A DNA stretch of 64,000 bases, from contig JBGSRU010000002.1 of NCBI GenBank assembly GCA_041737385.1, forward strand, positions 269,437-333,436, in the 5' to 3' direction. Source of the stretch: Candidatus Saccharimonadales bacterium (GTDB lineage Bacteria > Patescibacteriota > Saccharimonadia > Saccharimonadales > SZUA-47). The translations under genes were made by a program, and so were the position numbers. Below, in pieces: positions 48,906 through 55,470 of this stretch (position 1 is the stretch's first letter; every line of letters begins with the position of its first letter). The notes beneath the pieces were generated by a model. That model made no database searches, had not been told where the DNA came from, and saw only the letters and a program-made list of their open reading frames with translations.

Positions 48906-49460
48906 CTATTCACTGATCAACTCCTTAATACGCTGTGTACCCTCGTTAATAGGCTGTGTCCCGTCAATAACCATATCTGCGTACTCTTTTGGCGCATCTC
49001 GAACTAAATATTTATCTTCATTTTCAAACCACTGATCCCACATAGCTACAATTTCTTCATCTGACTTGCCTTCATTTCCTTTATCCCTAGCAAGTCCGCG
49101 CTCCAGACAAATTTCTTTTGGCGTATCTACATACACCCCAAAGTCTATATACTCACGAAGCTCTTTGCGCAGTGCCGATACGCCCTCTAGAATCATGATC
49201 TCGGTAACTGGCTGATCAACAACAGGTTCTGGTTTGTGGTCTGCCCACCATTTTGACCTTGGATAACTTAATTTTGTTGCGCCTTGCCTGACCGGCTCAA
49301 GAACCCGTTCAATCACAAGTGGCCACCAATTGATAGGATTATAAAAGGACGCGAAATCATCAGTATGAATAATCTCTGCGCCCAGCTCTTTAGCTAATTC
49401 TTGGGCAAGAGTAGATTTACCAGATCCACCATGTCCGTCTATTGCTATGAACTTAGTCAT
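48906..49460 (-). CDS. P-loop nucleoside/nucleotide kinase-like protein
   Basis: IAIDGHGGSGKSTLAQELAKELG Walker A at the N-terminus, with the size and layout of uridine-kinase/NMP-kinase-like proteins. Confidence 0.6.
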   Translation of the reverse strand: MTKFIAIDGHGGSGKSTLAQELAKELGAEIIHTDDFASFYNPINWWPLVIERVLEPVRQGATKLSYPRSKWWADHKPEPVVDQPVTEIMILEGVSALRKELREYIDFGVYVDTPKEICLERGLARDKGNEGKSDEEIVAMWDQWFENEDKYLVRDAPKEYADMVIDGTQPINEGTQRIKELISE

Positions 49461-50046
49461 TCCTTAAATCATTCCAATTCGTTCTAGGCAATAATGCCTC
49501 TGATCCATTTCTACAAAGCACACATTCGTCAGGAGAATACTTACTGGTCTTCATGGATGCAGCCGATAGTATTCTACGGCGATTGAGCGTTTCTTGACCG
49601 GTCATATTTGCAAGACAGTATACGAGATCGACTACTTTGATGCCCTTTGACTCTAATTCCTGAATTGTAGCTAAGGCAGCACCTCCGCCGTACATATCAT
49701 CTGCGACCACAAGTGCCGTTGATCCATCAGGAATACTGAATGTTGTCACGTATTTTTCTGATGGCAGAGTGTACGCAAACTTAGCACCTAAGAGCTTCGC
49801 TGCTTCAAAAGCGATAGGAATGCTGTAGGGAGCATAGCCAACAATATAATCAATATTGTCTGAGAGTTCAGGCAATAAAGTTGATTTGATAATTTCAGAT
49901 ATAAGCTGCGGTTCTTGAGTTATCACATCCGAATTAAAGTATGCATCTACATACTTGCCAGACATGGATGTTTTGACGTGAGGACCAACTCCACCGTAGC
50001 ACCAAAACGCTCCTTTTTCTTCAAGAACTTTTTTCCAATTAGTCAT
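49453..50046 (-). CDS. Phosphoribosyltransferase (orotate-PRT-like)
   Basis: PRPP motif ALVVADDMYGGGAA and the upstream IVGYAPYSIPIA pattern. An 8-nt overlap couples it to the downstream kinase gene. Confidence 0.6.
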   Translation of the reverse strand: MTNWKKVLEEKGAFWCYGGVGPHVKTSMSGKYVDAYFNSDVITQEPQLISEIIKSTLLPELSDNIDYIVGYAPYSIPIAFEAAKLLGAKFAYTLPSEKYVTTFSIPDGSTALVVADDMYGGGAALATIQELESKGIKVVDLVYCLANMTGQETLNRRRILSAASMKTSKYSPDECVLCRNGSEALLPRTNWNDLRND

Positions 50047-50449
50047 TTTTTCGTCTTTCTTGCTATGGATTATGACACAAAGAACAATCTGAGTACATTA
50101 CGGCTTGTTTGGCACACAAGAATAATTGTTAGACTGTAGAGTTAAATCACTTCACCTTTGTTATTCGCTTCATGCTGGATTAACTAATTTATTGACTATT
50201 TTTCTAAAGTTAAAATATTTTAGCTTCATTAGAGTATAATAAACTCGGCGATATAGTCACTTTCATAAATTTAGACTATAGGCTTTTAACTCAAGCAATC
50301 ACACTTCGGTCACTGTGCGCTTGCAATCCATATTTAGTTTCCCAGTATTGGCTATCGTGAGTAACGGCTCTTACATAGTTTTAGCTCGGTAACTACTAAA
50401 CCAAAACCCGTTATATATCACTTAATATCTCTTTTAGGTTTAGTTTAAT

Positions 50450-50734
50450 ATGGATCCAACTCAAGTAATAAATCAGCGTGTTGAAGTGGCTGTCTTTTAC
50501 AGAAAAGATTGCGACATTAGTATGTTGGCGTACCCGGTTAAAATGAAATATAAAAACCAAGAAATACTTTTTACTCGTTTAGGTCTCAGGCACGAAACAG
50601 CTAAAGGCAAAAGAATGATTCACGTGTTTGATATGTCAGATGGTGTAAATGATTATAGATTAGAATTTGATGCACAAGGCTTAACCTGGACACTCGTTGC
50701 GATTATCCCGGGCGTCTATGAGGCAGGGAAATGA
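50450..50734 (+). CDS. 94-aa hypothetical protein translationally coupled to the Y-family polymerase
   Basis: Its stop overlaps the polymerase start (ATGA, 50731-50734). It shows no S24 peptidase (UmuD) or YolD motif. Confidence 0.5.
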   Translation: MDPTQVINQRVEVAVFYRKDCDISMLAYPVKMKYKNQEILFTRLGLRHETAKGKRMIHVFDMSDGVNDYRLEFDAQGLTWTLVAIIPGVYEAGK

Positions 50735-51987
50735 ACTACGATTTAAACCAAGACGAACCAAGAATAATGTGGGTAGATTTGAATAGTGCATTTGCAATGG
50801 CAGAACAGCAAGCCCATCCATCACTGCGCAACAAACCACTAGGCGTGACGAACAGACTGTCAAAAGAATGCTGCGTCATTGCAGCCTCATATGAAGCGAA
50901 GGCTCTTGGAATAAAGGTGGGGGTTAGACGCTCCGAAGCGAAAGCACTCTGTCCCGACTTCATCATGCTAGAGACTGATCCACCAAAATACCATCACGTA
51001 TACAAAAAACTAGCGGCAATAATGAAAAGTTACTGTCCAGATGTAAAGATGAAAAGTATAGATGAAGGAATTATGGACTTTAGAAAGATGGACAAAACTT
51101 ACACAACAGAGCGCCTGATTGCTATCGGCTACGAAATGAAAGAGCGCGTCAAAACTGAAATTGGAGACTATATAAAAATAAACGTAGGAATCGCGCCTAA
51201 TAGATTCTTGGCTAAAACAGCAGCCGGTTTGCACAAGCCGGACGGGCTTGACGTCATAGACCATAGGAACCTAATAAAAGTCTACAGGTCGTTAGAACTA
51301 CAAGATTTAAACGGCATAGCTGATGGCTATGGAAGCAGGTTAAGATCGTTTGGCATTGCAACACCAATGCATTTTCTTAATGCTCGTGAAGACCTACTCC
51401 GCAAACAAGTTTTCAAAAGTATAAACGGAATGCACTGGTATAAGAGACTTAGGGGCTATGAAGTGGACGACTACGAAACCAACATAAGCATGGTTGGCCG
51501 TCAGTGGGTAGTGAAGAGTCCAAGCAACAACGAAGACTACCTGCGTTCATGTCTGCATTTCCTAGCTGAAACAACTGGCATGAAACTACGTTACAGAAAT
51601 GTCGAAGCTAGAGGCGTTGCAGTCTGGCTGGCCTTCCAGTCTGGGGAAGTATTCTCAGACAAAAAAATGTACAAAACTGGAGTTTTTACTAACGAAGATA
51701 TTTGGCTTCGTGTATCGAAAATATTTAACAACCGCCCCAAGCATATGGTGGTCAGAACCATGGGGCTATATTTATATAAACTTGAACCGTCTAGTCGCAG
51801 TCAAATTGGCTTATTTCACAATACTGAAAAATCACAATACATTACCGAGGCAATGGATGAGATAAACGATTTCTATGGTTCATTCACCGTGTTTTCAGGC
51901 GACTCACTTGAAGGAACCAAGCACGTGAAACAGAAAATTCCATTCGGCGGTACAGAGTATTTCGATTTATTATTAAAGAGACAATAA
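50731..51987 (+). CDS. Y-family DNA polymerase (UmuC-like translesion polymerase)
   Basis: MWVDLNSAFAMAEQQ...LRNKPLGV resembles the UmuC N-terminus (D-x-N-x-F-Y-A-S-x-E). The catalytic SIDEG motif is retained, and little-finger-size C-terminal domains are present. Confidence 0.8.
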   Translation: MNYDLNQDEPRIMWVDLNSAFAMAEQQAHPSLRNKPLGVTNRLSKECCVIAASYEAKALGIKVGVRRSEAKALCPDFIMLETDPPKYHHVYKKLAAIMKSYCPDVKMKSIDEGIMDFRKMDKTYTTERLIAIGYEMKERVKTEIGDYIKINVGIAPNRFLAKTAAGLHKPDGLDVIDHRNLIKVYRSLELQDLNGIADGYGSRLRSFGIATPMHFLNAREDLLRKQVFKSINGMHWYKRLRGYEVDDYETNISMVGRQWVVKSPSNNEDYLRSCLHFLAETTGMKLRYRNVEARGVAVWLAFQSGEVFSDKKMYKTGVFTNEDIWLRVSKIFNNRPKHMVVRTMGLYLYKLEPSSRSQIGLFHNTEKSQYITEAMDEINDFYGSFTVFSGDSLEGTKHVKQKIPFGGTEYFDLLLKRQ

Positions 51988-51993
51988 TTTATT

Positions 51994-52255
51994 GTGGCTT
52001 TTCGCGCCACACTAAAGTGGGTTACTTCGTCCCACACCCTCGACATACTTTCTTGTGTTTACTAGAAAGTATGCAAAGAAACAACAGCGGGCGATAAAAG
52101 CGCGACACACTCAAAACAACTTTGCACTGTGCCTGCGGGACTCCCGTTGGTCGGTCAAAAATGTTTCTTGAAGTTACATATTTTTGACTTGTCCTCGGCA
52201 ATGACTCAGCGCGAAGTTGCTCCAAGTGATCGGTTTTACCGCTTCATGCTGACTC
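51994..52255. repeat. Structured intergenic repeat, copy C (H0, H1, H2, H3 and one ATGCTG module)
   Basis: H0 is GTGGC-N7-GCCAC (51994-52010). H1 is GTGGG-N9-CCCAC (52017-52035). H2 is CATACTTTC-N12-GAAAGTATG (52044-52073). H3 is GTCAAAAAT-N17-ATTTTTGAC (52154-52188). ATGCTG occurs at 52246. Confidence 0.8.
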
Positions 52256-52284
52256 AATACAAGCTTGAGAAGTATTGACAGATG

Positions 52285-52293
52285 TGATATAAT
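52285..52293 (+). promoter_or_regulatory. Extended -10 promoter (TGaTATAAT) for the leader transcript
   Basis: TGATATAAT at 52285-52293, with ATG 52301 lying 7 nt downstream. The nearby TTGACA (52275-52280) is only 7 nt away and so is not a functional -35. Confidence 0.5.
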
Positions 52294-52300
52294 ATATCTA

Positions 52301-52399
52301 ATGAATAAAATCAGTATTTCAGTTTCAACAGAACACCTTTTGCAGCAAGCTGCGGTATTTTTTGGTTTTATCTCTTTTATCCAGGCGGTAGCTCCTTAG
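52301..52399 (+). CDS. Candidate 32-aa Phe-rich leader peptide (MNKISISVSTEHLLQQAAVFFGFISFIQAVAP)
   Basis: Leaderless ATG. Four TTT Phe codons fall within seven codons (52358-52378), and the ORF end overlaps the antiterminator segment GGCGGTAGC (52384-52392). Confidence 0.45.
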   Translation: MNKISISVSTEHLLQQAAVFFGFISFIQAVAP

Positions 52400-52431
52400 A
52401 ACGTATTAAACGACCATAAATAATTACAAAA

Positions 52432-52457
52432 GCGACCGCCAGAAAGCGGTCGTTTTT
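52432..52457 (+). terminator. Leader terminator of the PheRS-like operon (attenuator)
   Basis: CGACCGC-cagaaa-GCGGTCG followed by TTTTT, 14 nt upstream of the GGAGA RBS of the 52485 ORF. Its 5' arm is complementary to 52384-52392. Confidence 0.6.
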
Positions 52458-52484
52458 AATTAAATATTAATTGGAGAAATTACT

Positions 52485-52676
52485 ATGAGTGAAATACAAA
52501 AATATATTGGAGAAGAGTTAGATAAACCAGAAACCCTAAGCAAACAGTTAGATAAACAAGATGATGGGCTTGAAGTTGAAGCCAGTGTAGCGCCTGTAAC
52601 CGAACTTGGAGCTGGTGAAATAATAGCCTTATCACTAGATGATATTGTTCCGCGTAGCTGGAAAAGCTGGGAATAG
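52485..52676 (+). CDS. 63-aa acidic protein, function unknown
   Basis: The GGAGA RBS lies 8 nt upstream, and the stop lies 2 nt before the next start. It is very acidic and has a C-terminal ALSLDDIVPRSWKSWE. Confidence 0.5.
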   Translation: MSEIQKYIGEELDKPETLSKQLDKQDDGLEVEASVAPVTELGAGEIIALSLDDIVPRSWKSWE

Positions 52677-52678
52677 TC

Positions 52679-53818
52679 ATGAAAATGAATATTAAGCCAC
52701 TAACAAAGGCTCAGGCAGATTACTACCTGAGCCTCCCAGATCTTACAAAAGAAGAGAGCAATCATGCGGTTGGCTTGCTGTACAGAAAAATCAAAAAGAA
52801 AATAGAATCAACACATCCAGATAGTGAAATTATGATCTATCGGGATAATCAGATCATTTCTATTGAAGATAACTATGAAAACTTGCTGATTCCAAAATAC
52901 AATATTAGTCGTTCATCTACCTACACACATTATGTAGATGGGGGTACGTTGCTACGAACTCACGCATCATCAGCAATACCTGGCGCTATGCGTGAGCTTG
53001 CAAAACGCAGCGACTGGAATGACGTCGTGATTCTCGTTCCAGGACTCGTATACAGGCGTGATGTGGCAGATAAGAAACATGTCGGACAGATTCACATGCT
53101 AGATGTTTGGCGTGTTGTAAGAACAGCCGGCAGGCCAGAAGTTACTCACGATACACTTCTAGGTGCAGTTAAAGATATAGCAGCAACAGCTGCACCTGGG
53201 TGGATGCTACGCATTGAGGATTCACCTCATCCATACACTGACGGCGGCATTGAGGTTAATGCCGTCAACAAAGATGATGGACGAGATATAGAAATACTAG
53301 AGTGTGGACTCATCAAAAAAGAAGTCTTAAAAATCAATGGCCTAGACCCACGGGTCTATTCAGGATGGGCGCTCGGTATGGGGCTCGACAGACTCGTTAT
53401 GACGCTGAAGGATTTACCAGATATACGTTATTTGCGTTCAGGTAACCCTAAAATAGCTAAACAAATGCTAAACCTTAATACGTATTTGGAAGTGTCTAGT
53501 CAGCCTGCAATACAGCGCGATATGTCCTATTCAGTACCTGAAAGTTACGTTGAAGAGGATATATCTCAAGACATAATGTCTGCAATGGGTGATGATATAG
53601 CAGCTCTTGAAGAAGTAGAGATATTAAACGAAACCAGCTACGAAGACTTGCCGGATACAGCACGTAAAAATCTTGGCATACAATCAGACCAAAAGAATGT
53701 GCTAGTTCGTGTGACGTTGAGGCATCTAGAAAAAACGCTAACTAGTAAAGAGGCCAACATAATCTATGACAATATCTACCCACAAATTAACTACGGGGCA
53801 GCGGGGTACGCATCATGA
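52679..53818 (+). CDS. Single-chain PheRS-like class II aminoacyl-tRNA synthetase homolog (alpha-type catalytic core plus a C-terminal FDX-ACB-like domain)
   Basis: LLRTHASSAIPG aligns with LLRTHTS. Motif 2 is GLVYRRDVADKKHVGQIHMLDV. Motif 3 is GWALGMGLDRLVMTLKDLPDIRYL. The C-terminal PAIQRDMSYSVP...VLVRVTLRHLEKTLTSKEANIIY resembles the ferredoxin-fold anticodon-binding domain. Confidence 0.7.
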   Translation: MKMNIKPLTKAQADYYLSLPDLTKEESNHAVGLLYRKIKKKIESTHPDSEIMIYRDNQIISIEDNYENLLIPKYNISRSSTYTHYVDGGTLLRTHASSAIPGAMRELAKRSDWNDVVILVPGLVYRRDVADKKHVGQIHMLDVWRVVRTAGRPEVTHDTLLGAVKDIAATAAPGWMLRIEDSPHPYTDGGIEVNAVNKDDGRDIEILECGLIKKEVLKINGLDPRVYSGWALGMGLDRLVMTLKDLPDIRYLRSGNPKIAKQMLNLNTYLEVSSQPAIQRDMSYSVPESYVEEDISQDIMSAMGDDIAALEEVEILNETSYEDLPDTARKNLGIQSDQKNVLVRVTLRHLEKTLTSKEANIIYDNIYPQINYGAAGYAS

Positions 53819-53863
53819 TTATTTCGACAACATCAACTAACTTATATTTGATAGACTAAACAT

Positions 53864-54883
53864 ATGAAACAAGAAAAAATTATCAGAACAGTTTGTGTAT
53901 TTACAAAAGAACCCAATGATTCGTCCATTGATAGATTAGACTTAATTGTTCAAAAACTCGAGCAAAACGGCTATATTGTGCAAACAAAACGAGTCGCATC
54001 GACAGTTGATTATCTTAATGAGCTTGTTGCGCTTACGCAGAAAGGCATTGAATACGTGAGTGTTGGCGATGTAACTACTGAACAAGCACTAGAAATACTG
54101 CCTACTTTCTATGAAAACAAGGCACTTACATTCAATATAGAGCTAGCAAAAGAAGAAATATCTCAGAAGCATGTAGATATACTCCACAAAATCATAGAAA
54201 ACAACGCTTCGAAAACATTTAGCTTCACCTATACCTTCAACAACGCAGCTTCCAGCCCATATTTTCCATCTGCTCGCTTCGTAGAAGATGGTTTTGCCAT
54301 AGGACTGCAGCCAACCGATCTGTCTGTCGGCTGTGATACGCTCGAAGAATGGCTAGAAAACATGCATAAAACATGGCAAGAGATTACCGATCTATTTGCC
54401 AACGAACCAGATTTTCTAGGTATTGATAGTTCTATAGCCCCGCTACTTGACGGAAATAGCAGTTTTATAAACTTCATAAAACGGCTTGGGCTTACATTCG
54501 AACAAACAGTAACTACGGATATGTACACGACAATAACGAAGTTTCTAAAAGAACAGAACCCTAAGCCTATAGGTCTATGCGGCATGATGCTCCCGTGTTT
54601 AGAGGATTTTGAATTAACTACAGAATACGAGGCAGGAAACTTTTCTATTGAAAGAAATGTTTTCTTGTCATTACATTCAGGGCTAGGTATAGATACCTAT
54701 CCCATTGGCGTCGATGAAAAGCCAGAGCGTGTAATAGAAATACTAAAGCTAATCCAGTCGCTGTCAAATAAGTACAATAAGCCACTTTCTGCTCGTTTTG
54801 TTTCAGACGGCAAAGCTAAAATCGGTGAAAAATCTGATTTTCAAAATCCTTATCTCAAAGATTGCGTGATTCGTCCGCTTTAG
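53864..54883 (+). CDS. DUF711 / UPF0210-family-like protein (shortened, 339 aa)
   Basis: Collinear similarity, judged from memory, to UPF0210 proteins. The matching segments are IIRTVCVF, QTKRVA, SSPYFPSARF, LGIDSSIAPL, GLCGMMLPCLED and GLGIDTYPIGVDEKPERV. Confidence 0.55.
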   Translation: MKQEKIIRTVCVFTKEPNDSSIDRLDLIVQKLEQNGYIVQTKRVASTVDYLNELVALTQKGIEYVSVGDVTTEQALEILPTFYENKALTFNIELAKEEISQKHVDILHKIIENNASKTFSFTYTFNNAASSPYFPSARFVEDGFAIGLQPTDLSVGCDTLEEWLENMHKTWQEITDLFANEPDFLGIDSSIAPLLDGNSSFINFIKRLGLTFEQTVTTDMYTTITKFLKEQNPKPIGLCGMMLPCLEDFELTTEYEAGNFSIERNVFLSLHSGLGIDTYPIGVDEKPERVIEILKLIQSLSNKYNKPLSARFVSDGKAKIGEKSDFQNPYLKDCVIRPL

Positions 54884-55056
54884 TTTCTAGTAATAGTATC
54901 AATAATTACTATTTGCTCGTCTATTTCTTGTTTTGTGCGCGGATCGGGTTTCTTGGGGCCTAAGATTTTTGAAAATATACCCATATTTATTTATATATAG
55001 TAGCAACTTTTTTATTTTTCTAAGGCGGAGAATTCTTCCGAACAAGTTAAGAGTTT

Positions 55057-55125
55057 GTGGCTTTTCGCGCCATGTTGAATTCTTCATTTCTTGTGTCGAC
55101 CAGAAACGAAGCAAAGAAGCGACGG
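55057..55125. repeat. Structured intergenic repeat, copy D (H0 plus an H2 with compensatory substitutions)
   Basis: GTGGCTTTTCGCGCCA (55057-55072) equals 51994-52009. H2 is CTTCATTTC-N12-GAAACGAAG (55082-55111), with the conserved loop TTGTGT and the trailing GCAAAGAAGCGACGGCGGG. Confidence 0.65.
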
Positions 55126-55404
55126 CGGGAAATAGACGAAAAGCTATGAGTTTTTGTTGATTGTAATCACAATGCAGACTATTTAGGCGTTCTCTTGAAG
55201 TTCACTTCCTCCTCAAGCTGCAACGTCCGCAATATTGTAATTAACAACAACAAACTCATCGGTTCGCCATTCTTTTATGCCGATTGACTGCAGAAACTCA
55301 CTTCAGGAGTAAGAATATAACGGAAATTTACTCTCGAACATCCGCAAATCATTCGACAAAAGCTACCTACCCAACACCAAAAGGTAAACCACCCGCGCCG
55401 CCGC

Positions 55405-55445
55405 TTGCCATAAAAGTGGCAAATTCTCCCGAACAGAGGTAGAAT
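55405..55445 (+). promoter_or_regulatory. Putative mod promoter with an overlapping palindrome
   Basis: TTGCCA-taaaag-TGGCAA forms perfect 6-bp arms (55405-55422). TGGCAA, a 17-nt spacer, then TAGAAT (55440-55445). Confidence 0.35.
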
Positions 55446-55470
55446 AGTATTTATAACTACTGGAAAAAAC

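Noticed and set aside
52275-52280. TTGACA as the -35 box of the leader promoter.
   Set aside because: It lies only 7 nt from the TATAAT box, so the spacing is incompatible. The TG extended -10 is the more plausible determinant.
52294-52460. A T-box riboswitch as the explanation for the leader upstream of the aaRS-like gene.
   Set aside because: I could not find the T-box consensus (…GGGTGGTACCGCG…), a UGGN bulge in the antiterminator or stem I specifier features. The leader is also short. The Phe-codon leader peptide fits better, although a covariance-model scan should confirm this.
41965-55470. An integron-like cassette array or a CRISPR array as the explanation for the intergenic repeats.
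   Set aside because: No integrase or Cas genes are present. Genes lie in both orientations and have their own promoters. The repeats are 70-300 bp, irregularly spaced and not short identical units. The attC core sites (GTTRRRY) were not recognisable.
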